DNA from: an uncultured Draconibacterium sp.
GTDB lineage: Bacteria > Bacteroidota > Bacteroidia > Bacteroidales > FEN-979
DNA: 42,154 nt
Assembly: GCA_964590675.1 (NCBI GenBank)
Contig: CAZPWZ010000003.1
Span: 1-42,154 of the forward strand
Reading direction: 5' to 3'
Under the pieces are notes generated by a model. The model saw nothing but the letters and a program-made list of their open reading frames with translations, made no database searches and was not told the origin of the DNA. Both the position numbers and the translations under genes were made by a program. This document shows, in pieces, positions 30,494-40,126 of this stretch (positions are counted from its first letter, which is position 1; every line of letters begins with the position of its first letter).

Positions 30494-30821
30494 GGAAGCA
30501 ATCGATTCGGTAATGTCAAATACCTTCGTTGACAGCCAGGCAAATCTGCAATACTTTTTGAACCCTGCCTCAGATAAAAGAATTGTTGTATTTGGCCATA
30601 CCCATCAGCCCAGAATTATTGAGGGTGTAAGCTTTGATGGTAAAAAATGCATTTATGCCAACTCCGGAACCTGGATTGACCAGAATCCTAAGCAGACAAC
30701 CATGAATTTTGTCGTTATAACACCACAGAGCCTTGATGCATCTTCTCAAACGCTTGTAAATCTTTATAATTTTGAAAAAGAAGTCGTAACACTGATGGCT
30801 AATAGTTCTACACGCTATTAA
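30494..30821 (+). pseudogene. C-terminal fragment of a metallophosphoesterase
   Basis: VVFGHTH and YANSGTW motifs without the N-terminal DxH/GD/GNH motifs. Confidence 0.75.
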
Positions 30822-30964
30822 CAGTTAGTGACAAAGCTTAAAACATACCGACTGCATGTGGACGGCACCCTGTACAGAAAACGCCATGGCAGTAGTTCCG
30901 GGAGGAAGCAGGTACAGTTCTTATGCCGCAGGGAAAAAATAAGGGTTATCACCAAAAACAGGGA

Positions 30965-32038
30965 ATGATGTTGAAATGCCCCGGAACGATCGTATTTTTA
31001 CTTGTATTGATCACTTCCTGCAGGACCGTGATGATTGAAGATAGCGTCGCGGCGCTGAAAATTCAGAAGCAAGGGAGCTTTGCCGTGGGCGGGACCGTGA
31101 TCACCAATCCCGGCACATTCACCCCGTACGCTCCAACCCCTGCTGGCCAGACCTTTCACGGCGACCATGCCTGCGTTTTCTACCAGGTCCCTGAAAAGGC
31201 CCGCAAGTTTCCGTTGGTATTCTGGCACGGGAACGGGCAGTTCTCCAAGACATGGGAAACCACTCCCGACGGGCGGGAAGGATTTCAAAATATTTTCCTG
31301 CGACGTGGTTTTCCGGTTTATCTCATCGATCAGCCAAGGAGAGGCAATGCCGGCCGCAGCACGGTGGCCGCAACCATCACGCCTGTGCCTGACGAGCAGG
31401 AGTGGTTTGATACATTTCGCATTGGTATTTGGCCCGAATATTTCCCCGGGGTAAAGTTTGCAAAAGACCCGGAAACCCTGAACCAGTATTTTCGTCAAAT
31501 GACGCCCAACACCGGGCCTTTTGACCTGGGCGTGATTTCAGATGCTGTTTCAGAACTTTTTAACAAAATAGGGCAGGGAATCCTGGTCACGCACTCTCAA
31601 TCAGGCGGTCCCGGTTGGCTTACCGCCATTAAAAATCAGCAGGTAAAAGCTGTCGTAGCGTATGAGCCCGGCAGCAATTTCGTGTTCCCCGAAGGAGAGG
31701 TGCCTCCGCCCATACAGAGTGCGGCAGGCCCTTTGACGGCCATTGGCGTGCCGATGTCCGATTTTATGAAGCTCACGAAGATCCCGGTCATCCTTTACTA
31801 CGGGGACAATATCCCCGGCCAGCCTGTGGATAATCCGGGCCAGGACGGCTGGCGCGCACGTCTTGAAATGGCCAGATTGTGGAAAGATAAGGTAAACCGT
31901 TACGGCGGTGATGTAACCCTGGTCCATTTGCCCGAAATCGGCATCCATGGAAATACACACTTTCCCTTTTCGGATTTGAACAATGTGGAAATCGCCGGCC
32001 TGTTATCCAAATTTCTGCACGATAAAGGTCTGGACTGA
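30965..32038 (+). CDS. Alpha/beta hydrolase, probable lipoprotein
   Basis: LITSC lipobox; WETTPDGREG, THSQSG, GNTHF. Confidence 0.85.
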   Translation: MMLKCPGTIVFLLVLITSCRTVMIEDSVAALKIQKQGSFAVGGTVITNPGTFTPYAPTPAGQTFHGDHACVFYQVPEKARKFPLVFWHGNGQFSKTWETTPDGREGFQNIFLRRGFPVYLIDQPRRGNAGRSTVAATITPVPDEQEWFDTFRIGIWPEYFPGVKFAKDPETLNQYFRQMTPNTGPFDLGVISDAVSELFNKIGQGILVTHSQSGGPGWLTAIKNQQVKAVVAYEPGSNFVFPEGEVPPPIQSAAGPLTAIGVPMSDFMKLTKIPVILYYGDNIPGQPVDNPGQDGWRARLEMARLWKDKVNRYGGDVTLVHLPEIGIHGNTHFPFSDLNNVEIAGLLSKFLHDKGLD

Positions 32039-32185
32039 TCGGTTTCCGTCGCCGATAATGGGCTCATTACCAAGGCACAGCTGTTTTTCAACAACGACGG
32101 TTCACTGGCCAAAAAAGCTGTTGAAAAGAACCCGAGTGACAGCCTTAGTTGCGCTGCAGTGTCTGCAGTTGTCATCAAAGGACTT

Positions 32186-32872
32186 TCATGGTAATGCGGC
32201 AGTTGCCCGGTCCGTCAATACCAGCTTCATCAGCCCTGAATCGTGGTCAACCGATCTATCTTTACCCAGCCCCGAAATAACCGACATCCTGTTCATGGCA
32301 TCCTGCATCTGGCTGGCATAGAGCGGGTTTTCAGGCAGAGGCTGAATGGCCGCTGCACTCCGGGTTTCAGGATGGTGATTTTCTGCCGGCACCATTCCCG
32401 GTTTGTTTACCTCAGGTTTTTCCAGCCAAACAGTATCCATCAGACGGACCGGCCTATCCACATACACAGTATCGGCAACAGCCATCTGTCCGGTCATCCG
32501 GTAACCCTGCAGGAAAAGATACAACACCAGGAAAAGAAGAACCGAAGCCGCAAGACCCGCCTGGTAAAGTGGGATACGGTAGCTGAAAAAGCGGGAAAGC
32601 GTTCTGGGAACTGAGGCGGACTGGGCCATATCGACTGACCTGAATGTTTGCATCAGCCGGTTTTTTATTGCAGGATCGGGAGTGATTGGAAGATCTCCGG
32701 CGCTTTTCCTTTGCTGCGCAGCCAATACAGATTTTCTGAAGAGGGTGTAATCCTCCGCTGTAATGAATTGTAACACAAGTGCTTGCTCCTGGCTGGACAA
32801 TTCTTCAAAACTCTTCTGCTCAAGCATGCGGTCGAAACCGGGCAGGGCATCAAAAATATTCTGTTCCATCAC
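32186..32872 (-). CDS. Putative anti-sigma factor (single TM)
   Basis: Directly downstream of the ECF sigma gene; one TM helix AASVLLFLVLYLF. Confidence 0.6.
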   Translation of the reverse strand: MMEQNIFDALPGFDRMLEQKSFEELSSQEQALVLQFITAEDYTLFRKSVLAAQQRKSAGDLPITPDPAIKNRLMQTFRSVDMAQSASVPRTLSRFFSYRIPLYQAGLAASVLLFLVLYLFLQGYRMTGQMAVADTVYVDRPVRLMDTVWLEKPEVNKPGMVPAENHHPETRSAAAIQPLPENPLYASQMQDAMNRMSVISGLGKDRSVDHDSGLMKLVLTDRATAALP

Positions 32873-33451
32873 TCAATTGATCAACGGGTTAAACACTTTC
32901 AGTTGTACCGAGAGGGCTTTCAGGGTGTAGAACAGCCTTGATTTGACAGTTCCTTCGGGACAGCCCATCAGTTCAGCGATTTCGGTTATGGAGAGCTCCT
33001 CCCGGAAACGAAGCAGGAAAACCTCCCGGTGGGTTTCATCAAGCAAACCGAGTTTGGCGGTAAGCTCCTTTTCAAACAGTTTCAGATCTATCTTTTCCGA
33101 CCCTTCAATCCGGTCGGACATATCCGGAAAACCGCTGATCCGGTAATCCTCACGCACCTTGACGCTCCGGTATTCATTCTTGCACATGTTCATGGCAATG
33201 GAATAGAGCCATGGTCTGAATCTCCTGCCCGGCATATATTTTTCAGGGTCATTGAGCAGTTTGAGAAACAGATCATGGAGAAAATCCTGGGCTTTGGCCT
33301 CATCCTGCCCTAGCCTGCCATAAAAAAAGTTTACCATCTCCCGGGCATAGCGGTCGTATAGCACTGAAAATGCTTCGCGCTCCTTGTTCCGGAGGCGAAG
33401 CATCAGCTCCTCGTCACTTTCGTTCTCGTAACTTTTCAGGAAGCGGCTCAT
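32873..33451 (-). CDS. ECF RNA polymerase sigma factor
   Basis: AF..LYDRY, D..HD.F.K, WLY.IA.N, EIAE.MG.PEGTVKSRL. Confidence 0.93.
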   Translation of the reverse strand: MSRFLKSYENESDEELMLRLRNKEREAFSVLYDRYAREMVNFFYGRLGQDEAKAQDFLHDLFLKLLNDPEKYMPGRRFRPWLYSIAMNMCKNEYRSVKVREDYRISGFPDMSDRIEGSEKIDLKLFEKELTAKLGLLDETHREVFLLRFREELSITEIAELMGCPEGTVKSRLFYTLKALSVQLKVFNPLIN

Positions 33452-33459
33452 CGGCCAAG

Positions 33460-34644
33460 CTATTCACAGTTAATATATTCTTTCATCGCCTCTTCATTCC
33501 CGGCTTTGATGGTAATCGCGGTGATCAGCTGTTTCACCCTGGCCAGCTTTTCTGTCTCCCCCGACAGCCGGTAGTGGCTGCACAACTTGACCAGGGAGGG
33601 CAGGTAGCCGGTGTTCATCTGGGCCACCACGGCGGCGGATGGATCGGATGCAAAACTCACCCTCAGGTAGTCGAGCAGGTAATCGTTTTCGAAATGACGG
33701 CGGATCACCCCGAGGTTGTCAAACTCCTTTTTCTGATAACGCATGGCCAGCCCCGAAAGGTACAAATCTTTCTGAATATCTGTATCGAGATAATACCGGG
33801 TATCAGTAGTAAGGGCGAGATAAACCGGGCGTTTAGCCTTTGACATGACCTGCGTGATGATGACCTTCCGGAGAGCCGACAGGGAATCCCCCTCCTTATA
33901 ATTCCCGGCGTTGAACTGAATGTCGGGGATATTCAATTCTCCGAAGATCTTTTTGCGATAATCCTCTTTGGCCAGCAGCGGAATGTTGAGCACCGCCACC
34001 CCGGGTTTCAGCCCAAGTGCATCCTGCAACATCCATAAGGGGAAGGTGTCGTTATCGCCGGCGGTGAGGATGATGGCATCATCGTCGAGGGTTTGGAGTA
34101 CATTGTAGTTGTAGTTCAGGATCCCGGGGGCGTTGTCGTTGCTGAGAAACCATTGCTTGTTGAACTCTTTGCGCTTTTCACCGTTCCTTTTCACCTCGTA
34201 CCAGAGCACCATTTCGTCGAGGATCTCCGCACGTCCGCCCCCCAGTTCGTAGGCCCTGAAAAGGTCCTTTTCGTAACCGGGATAGTCGATGGAATTATTA
34301 TATAGTTTGATGTAAATCGATTCGTAGGCACCCGGCATTGCCTTCGCAGCCATATCGACGATTTCCGAGAGGTTTTTGAAATATTCACCCCGGGCCGCCT
34401 CCCAGCGATTCCGGTCGGTGAGGCGGGCCATTCGGTTGGCGGTATAATAATAGATCCATCCGGGACCGTTTTTCGGCTCCCTGTCAAGGACCAGCTTCCA
34501 GGCCTTTGCCTGCGCCTGGTACCATTCGAACGACTGCACCTCCTTGACAATGGAATAGACCTTTTCAGGCTGCTGGGCCGCCAGGTCTCCTGTAGCAAAG
34601 ATCGCTGCAATGAACATAAGCGTTGATACAATTTGTTTTTTCAT
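33460..34644 (-). CDS. Secreted hypothetical protein with GDNDTFPLW motif
   Basis: Signal peptide MKKQIV; IILTAGDNDTFPLW resembles the soluble region of DUF2723 proteins (from recall). Confidence 0.7.
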   Translation of the reverse strand: MKKQIVSTLMFIAAIFATGDLAAQQPEKVYSIVKEVQSFEWYQAQAKAWKLVLDREPKNGPGWIYYYTANRMARLTDRNRWEAARGEYFKNLSEIVDMAAKAMPGAYESIYIKLYNNSIDYPGYEKDLFRAYELGGGRAEILDEMVLWYEVKRNGEKRKEFNKQWFLSNDNAPGILNYNYNVLQTLDDDAIILTAGDNDTFPLWMLQDALGLKPGVAVLNIPLLAKEDYRKKIFGELNIPDIQFNAGNYKEGDSLSALRKVIITQVMSKAKRPVYLALTTDTRYYLDTDIQKDLYLSGLAMRYQKKEFDNLGVIRRHFENDYLLDYLRVSFASDPSAAVVAQMNTGYLPSLVKLCSHYRLSGETEKLARVKQLITAITIKAGNEEAMKEYINCE

Positions 34645-34681
34645 GATGATCGTGATATTTGGTGAATTGTTATAAATGCAA

Positions 34682-34706
34682 TACACCCCAAAAAGGAAAA
34701 GGTTCA
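34682..34706 (-). promoter_or_regulatory. ECF-type promoter, probably autoregulatory
   Basis: Minus strand TGAACC...GTGTA upstream of the operon containing the ECF sigma gene. Confidence 0.55.
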
Positions 34707-34919
34707 AGGGTGGAAGTGTCAATCTTAATTGTTGCCCGTAAATCGTGATTTCATTTGTCACGTTATTTCGTCACGTTTTTACTAATTTCGTTCATTAATA
34801 AATCAAACCATGCAGGCAATCATACTTCTTACATTCCAGCTCCCTGGCCCTCTCACAGCGTAACATGGATGGGGTTATATGTAAGTTGGGCTAAAGGATG
34901 CACAAAAAATTATTTCATC

Positions 34920-36425
34920 ATGGAAAAACAAATGATCATTGTCGGTGCCGGGATATCCGGCCTTTCCTCCGGGTTCTACGCACAGTTGAACGGTTTCCGG
35001 ACCAGGATCTTCGAAATGCATAACGTTCCGGGCGGTTTGTGTGCCGCATGGAAACGAAAGGGGTATAAGTTCGACATCAGCATGCACCTGCTCATGGGAT
35101 CAAAAGGAGGGCCATTTAATAAACTTTGGGAGGAGACCGGGGTTTTGGAGAACCAGGAGTTCCATTATCACCAGAGCATGGCTTTCATCGACGGCCTTGA
35201 CCACAAACTGGACCTGTGCAGCGACGGAGAAAAGCTCAGGGAACAGATGCTCAGGATTTCGCCGGCAGACTCGGCCCTCATCGACGAATTTATCAGGATT
35301 TACAGCGGACCCGATTTCATGGGTTCATTCAGCCTCGATGCTCCGGAAACGACGGGTTTCTTAAGTAAACTGAAACAATTCGTTTCCCTCATCCCCATGC
35401 TGGGTTTGTTCAGGAAATATGCAAAGCTCACGCTCCGGGAATTTGCGCAACGGTTCAGTAATCCTTTTCTTGCCGAAGCCATACGGTTCGGCGTTGACCA
35501 TCCCGGATGGCCCATGGTCAATTACCCCCTGGTAGCGATGGCGGGATTTTCCAGGCTCGGAGTGACAGAGGCCGGCAATCCCAAAGGAGGTTCGTTCCAG
35601 GCGGTGGGCAGGATCGCCCGGAGATACAAAGCCCAGGGCGGTGAGATCCAATATAACAGCAAGGTAAGGGATATCATCATAGAAAATGGTACGGCAAAGG
35701 GTATAATCCTTGAAGATGGCAGCATTCACAAAGCCGACATCGTGGTATGGGCGGCCGATGGTCATCACCTGCTGTACGACATCCTGGGCGGCAGGTACAA
35801 CGACAAGGTGATTGATAAAATGTATACCGGGTGGATTCCGGTGCAGCCATTGGTCCACGTATGTTACGGCGTCAGCATGGACCTCTCCGCTGAACCCGGG
35901 AGGATAACGCGGGAGCTGGAACAAAGCATCATGGTCGGTGGAAGAGCGTTCGGGTGGATATCCGTCATCATGCATCATTTCGATCCGACGACTGCGCCCG
36001 AAGGAAAAACAGCCCTGGAAGTATGGTACGCCACCGATTACGACTTCTGGGAAAACCTGGCCAAAGACCGGGATGCGTATGATGCGGAAAAGAAGAGGAT
36101 CGCCCAAATCACATCCGGCGAGCTTGAGAAAAAATGGCCGGGCTTCAAATCCCGGATCGAGGTTGAAGAGGTTGCAACTCCCATGACCTATGTCCGTTAT
36201 ACCGGCAACTGGAAGGGATCCCCCGACGGATGGTATGTCACGGTCGACAACCTGATGTCACAGGCCATGAAGCGCACCTTGCCTGGCTTGAAGCAACTGT
36301 ATATGGTCGGGCAGTGGACGGCACCCTACACAGGAACCGTCATGGCTGCAGCCTCCGGGAGACAGCTGGTACAGGTCTTATGCCGCAGGGAGAAAACCCG
36401 GTTTATCAGCGAAATACGGGCATGA
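34920..36425 (+). CDS. FAD-dependent oxidoreductase, phytoene desaturase family (paralog of 8333-9820)
   Basis: IVGAGISGL, GGLCAAW, EVATP, YMVGQW. Confidence 0.88.
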   Translation: MEKQMIIVGAGISGLSSGFYAQLNGFRTRIFEMHNVPGGLCAAWKRKGYKFDISMHLLMGSKGGPFNKLWEETGVLENQEFHYHQSMAFIDGLDHKLDLCSDGEKLREQMLRISPADSALIDEFIRIYSGPDFMGSFSLDAPETTGFLSKLKQFVSLIPMLGLFRKYAKLTLREFAQRFSNPFLAEAIRFGVDHPGWPMVNYPLVAMAGFSRLGVTEAGNPKGGSFQAVGRIARRYKAQGGEIQYNSKVRDIIIENGTAKGIILEDGSIHKADIVVWAADGHHLLYDILGGRYNDKVIDKMYTGWIPVQPLVHVCYGVSMDLSAEPGRITRELEQSIMVGGRAFGWISVIMHHFDPTTAPEGKTALEVWYATDYDFWENLAKDRDAYDAEKKRIAQITSGELEKKWPGFKSRIEVEEVATPMTYVRYTGNWKGSPDGWYVTVDNLMSQAMKRTLPGLKQLYMVGQWTAPYTGTVMAAASGRQLVQVLCRREKTRFISEIRA

Positions 36426-36622
36426 AGTTGTATCGGCTTTGTCATTGGTTTCGGCGGATTCGAGATGTTGAAGTTCTCACCGCTCCCCCTGGTGAAGTGG
36501 TATACAGGATCCCCTGAAAATTTCACACCTAATCCTTAATTGATTTAACCCTGGAACCTGGCGGTGTGGTGCCGTGATGAAAAAAAGGGCTTCGTTTTCA
36601 TATAATGTGATAATTTTGTTTT

Positions 36623-37945
36623 ATGCTAAAACGGCTCGTCATTTTTTTTGCAACCTTTCTTGCCGGTGGATGTTTCGGGAATAATATCATCACCCTGTCT
36701 TATATCACCAACGATATTCAGTACAGCAAACTGCGTGACAAATTGTACGCGATCGTGGATGCCATGGACCCGGAATTCGGGAACCAGCTGATCGAGATCA
36801 ATGTCCTCACGGGGGCGGTGGAGCGGTCGCAGTTTGTGGGGAGCGTGCCAGCCCTGATGCGGCTGACCACGGATGAGAACTATGCCTGGATTTCGTTCCG
36901 TGGGACGCCTTACATAAAGCGGGTTGACCTGAACAGCTTCGTGGTGGACAAGGAGGTTTACCTGGGTCCGTCGAAACTCTACAATTCGCCGAACCATGTG
37001 CTCACGACGGTTTATGCCTATAATTTTGCCGTGATGCCGGACCAGGATAACCAGCTGGTGATGGGGTTAAAGACGCCATTCGAATTCGAATTTGAGGCAG
37101 TGTCGCTCTATAAGAACGATACGATCCAGCCAAAACGGATGGGGCAGTATACAACGTTGAACCACCCGTTCTGTCTTGAGCCCATATCGAACGGGGCCTA
37201 TATCATCGGTCATTACCAGAGCAGCCTCAACAGTTTCTACTCCACCCTCAAGGTGGTCGACGATGGACTGGTCTACCTGAGAGAGCAGGAGACCCCCATC
37301 GAGGGGATGCGCCGGAATTGGTTCAAGGTGCACCACGACACGCTCTATACCGCCACGGGGGATATCTTTGATGCCACCGACACCTCCACGCTGAAGCCAC
37401 TGGGCAACTGTAAAAATGACATCATCGGCGACAAATACGGCTTTGCTTTTTCAGAGTTCAACCAGTCGTTTGTCTACCCGAACATCAACAAGCCGGCGCT
37501 GAACCTGACCTTCTACAACAAAAACACCTTCGTGGCTTTCGATTCGGTTTACCTGTTCGACTACAACTATTACCAGCTGATGCTTATCCTGGATCTGGAG
37601 GTGATCCGCGACAACCGGTTTGCCCTGCTCATCGGCAAGGATTACGGCCAGTTCACTATCCGCATCGTCGAGATAAATTCTGCGGGGATCGGCCCCGTTA
37701 AACCCGAAAACGCAGTTGAGATGTTCCCCAACCCTGTCGCGGGAAAAATGGTTGTCCGGGGATTCCCAATGCACAAGCGGATTGGTGTGTACGATCTCGC
37801 CGGAAAACTGATCGGCAGCTTCGAAATGGATGGGGTGAAGGGTGAGATCGACCTGGGTGGCTATCGTCGCTGCACCTACCTGGTGAAGGTGACCGACAGG
37901 GAGGGCAAAGAGAACGGTGTGGTCAGGAAAATCGTTGTACAATGA
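36623..37945 (+). CDS. T9SS cargo, YncE-like beta-propeller
   Basis: Signal peptide; C-terminal MFPNP...YDLAGK...YLVKV...RKIVVQ. Confidence 0.82.
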   Translation: MLKRLVIFFATFLAGGCFGNNIITLSYITNDIQYSKLRDKLYAIVDAMDPEFGNQLIEINVLTGAVERSQFVGSVPALMRLTTDENYAWISFRGTPYIKRVDLNSFVVDKEVYLGPSKLYNSPNHVLTTVYAYNFAVMPDQDNQLVMGLKTPFEFEFEAVSLYKNDTIQPKRMGQYTTLNHPFCLEPISNGAYIIGHYQSSLNSFYSTLKVVDDGLVYLREQETPIEGMRRNWFKVHHDTLYTATGDIFDATDTSTLKPLGNCKNDIIGDKYGFAFSEFNQSFVYPNINKPALNLTFYNKNTFVAFDSVYLFDYNYYQLMLILDLEVIRDNRFALLIGKDYGQFTIRIVEINSAGIGPVKPENAVEMFPNPVAGKMVVRGFPMHKRIGVYDLAGKLIGSFEMDGVKGEIDLGGYRRCTYLVKVTDREGKENGVVRKIVVQ

Positions 37946-38988
37946 TGAAAAAGAATTTCACCCTTCTGCTCCTCGTGGCCTGTTCGGCAGGTTATGCACA
38001 AACCATCAAGGTGAAGATCGATGCGGCCTGCGTGGCCTACAACGCCCTGTACAATAAAGCCTTCGCTGCCGTTTGGCACGGCGACTCCCTTTATGCCAAT
38101 AACTTGCTTCAGCTCAACCCATACAACGGCACTGTCGAAAAAACACTCCCGCTGGGCGGCGAGCCTTATGCCATGGAGTTCACGCCGGACAAACGGCATC
38201 TTTATCTTTCCTGCTACACGTTACCAAAGATCGTCAAGATCGACCTGGTACAGTTTACCATCATGCAGAGTATCGACCTGGGGCCCTTTACGGCCATGGA
38301 CTTTGCCACCCTGCCTTCCAACGAAAATGTCCTGATTGTCTCACGGGGCGAGGATGGATCCCCGCGCAACGTGGTCATGTACAAAGATGGCGTGCTGCAG
38401 CCAAAGCAGGTGAGCAGCGGCATTGAATATCCCTCATCTTTATGTATAAAAGCCGATGGCACGAAGCTCTATGCGCACAACGGAATTTCAACCATGAGTC
38501 ACGGCCATATCATGGATATCGCTGACGATGGCATCGGGTTCAACGGCATCATCTGGGACTACATGATGCCCTCTTTTGGCGACATCAGGATTCATGATGA
38601 CCTGCTATATGACCAGGGGGGCAATCTCCTGGATGCTTTTTCGGATACACTTCCCATCACCCGGGCCAGGATGCCGCTCTACCTGATCAACGACGGATGG
38701 GGCAGCGGGTTTGAATATTCGCCCCTTCACAACTGCTACATTTACGCACACCGCAACACCAACAAAGGGTATATCAGCTTTTTCCACGGCGACCATTTCA
38801 ACTACCTCGGGTCGCTGGATCCGGGCATATGGTGTGATGCCGTTCACGACCTGGATGTGGTGGATGTGAACCATTTTATCGTGGTGGCCTATGATATCTG
38901 GGAACAGAGCAATTCAATTTATTTTTATCACAATATCAATAAGAGCAGGATGTTCCTTAATCCGAAAGCGGAGATGGAGAAATGGTGA
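37942..38988 (+). CDS. Secreted beta-propeller protein, paralog of the preceding gene, lacking a T9SS CTD
   Basis: Shared N.L...N...G.VE, .DL..F, V..YK....QPK and HD..LY...G...DA motifs. Confidence 0.75.
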   Translation: MMKKNFTLLLLVACSAGYAQTIKVKIDAACVAYNALYNKAFAAVWHGDSLYANNLLQLNPYNGTVEKTLPLGGEPYAMEFTPDKRHLYLSCYTLPKIVKIDLVQFTIMQSIDLGPFTAMDFATLPSNENVLIVSRGEDGSPRNVVMYKDGVLQPKQVSSGIEYPSSLCIKADGTKLYAHNGISTMSHGHIMDIADDGIGFNGIIWDYMMPSFGDIRIHDDLLYDQGGNLLDAFSDTLPITRARMPLYLINDGWGSGFEYSPLHNCYIYAHRNTNKGYISFFHGDHFNYLGSLDPGIWCDAVHDLDVVDVNHFIVVAYDIWEQSNSIYFYHNINKSRMFLNPKAEMEKW

Positions 38989-39112
38989 AATGGTGGGATG
39001 GTTTCAAAGATCAATACATTTACACCTTGTTCTTTGAGCCTTTTCGTTTGTACTTCATAAAGTATGGCAAGATCACTGTAAACCATTACTTTCTTAGCTC
39101 TGAATGTAAATA

Positions 39113-39991
39113 TCATCGTTTCGTGTCCCGTGTCCCGATTTTTCGTCCCGTGTCACAGAATTTTGTCATATTTCCTTGAATTCGCCCAACTCTTTGGTCT
39201 TTATATAAAGAGATCAGCTGACTTCTGGCTGTCTCATTTAAAAGTTGCAGCCGTTCTCCTTGGGTGATTCTTTTTGAAATGAGCAATGCATTTATGCTTT
39301 CCAGGTTTGAAAGAACCACAAGGTGCTCTATGGGAGCATGATCACGGACATTGCCTTGTTTATCGGGATTCTGCTCACGCCATTCTTTTGCCGTCATTCC
39401 AAAAAGTGCAACACTGAGCAAGTCAGCCTCTGTCGCATAGATGATTGCGATTTGCTCCTTGCTGACCATTGGAGGAATCAGGTTATCCTTTATTGCGTCT
39501 GTATGAATCCTGTAATTGATTTTAGAAATGGTCCTCTGAAGGTTCCAATCCAATGATTTTTGGATATTTTCATGCTCCTTTAATCTCTGGAACTCCTTTA
39601 TTAAATAAAGTTTAAACACGGGGTTTAACCACGAAGCAAACTCAAATGCAATGTCAATCTGGGCATAGGTACCCCCATATTTCCCAGTGTTTGCACTTAA
39701 TCCGATGGCTGATGTTTTTTCGATCCACTTTTTTACTGAAATCGAAAATCTGTTAACACCTGCCTCATTTCTAATTCCCTCGAATTCGAGGGAATTAAAT
39801 AATGGATTATTTAGTTGTTCCCAAACCCCAAGAAATTCCAAGGTATTTTTATTCCGGAGCCATTTTTCAATGATGGCCAATCCATTTTCAAATGGCCGTA
39901 CCATATCTGTCAGACTCAGAAAATCATCCTTTTCTTTGGAAAACATGGAGATAAAAATTCCTTTGACCTTAAGTATTTGTTTCTTTTTCAT
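39113..39991 (-). CDS. KilA-N domain DNA-binding protein
   Basis: DFLSLTDM, WLRNKNTLEFLGVWE, YGGTYA..DIAFEFASW, KINYRIHTDAIK. Confidence 0.9.
   Translation of the reverse strand: MKKKQILKVKGIFISMFSKEKDDFLSLTDMVRPFENGLAIIEKWLRNKNTLEFLGVWEQLNNPLFNSLEFEGIRNEAGVNRFSISVKKWIEKTSAIGLSANTGKYGGTYAQIDIAFEFASWLNPVFKLYLIKEFQRLKEHENIQKSLDWNLQRTISKINYRIHTDAIKDNLIPPMVSKEQIAIIYATEADLLSVALFGMTAKEWREQNPDKQGNVRDHAPIEHLVVLSNLESINALLISKRITQGERLQLLNETARSQLISLYKDQRVGRIQGNMTKFCDTGRKIGTRDTKR
39122..39156 (+). repeat. GTCCCGY heptamer tract (3' boundary of the KilA-N cassette)
   Basis: CGTGTCCCGTGTCCCGATTTTTCGTCCCGTGTCAC. Confidence 0.92.
39772..39797. repeat. Perfect 26-bp palindrome inside the KilA-N coding sequence
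   Basis: TAATTCCCTCGAATTCGAGGGAATTA. Confidence 0.97.
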
Positions 39992-40051
39992 TTCTGGTTT
40001 TTCTGCTTAATCCTGAAAAACCCAAAAAGTAAACCCCCAGTCGAAAATTTT
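39992..40051 (-). promoter_or_regulatory. Conserved 60-nt cassette leader (copy 1)
   Basis: 42/60 ungapped identity with 41605-41664; same distance from heptamer tract to ATG. Confidence 0.75.
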
Positions 40052-40118
40052 GTCCCGTGTCCCGTTTTTTCGTTCCGTGTCCCGTGTCCCGCGTCCCGAT
40101 TTTTCATCCCGCGTCTCG
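40051..40118 (+). repeat. GTCCCGY heptamer tract (5' boundary of the KilA-N cassette)
   Basis: TGTCCCGTGTCCCG...GTGTCCCGTGTCCCGCGTCCCGATTTTTCATCCCG. Confidence 0.95.
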
Positions 40119-40126
40119 TTATACCG

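Noticed and set aside
30889-30911. TCCGGGAGGAAGCAG resembling the SRP RNA domain IV loop
   Set aside because: The conserved upstream CAGG element and the long closing stem are absent; likely chance.
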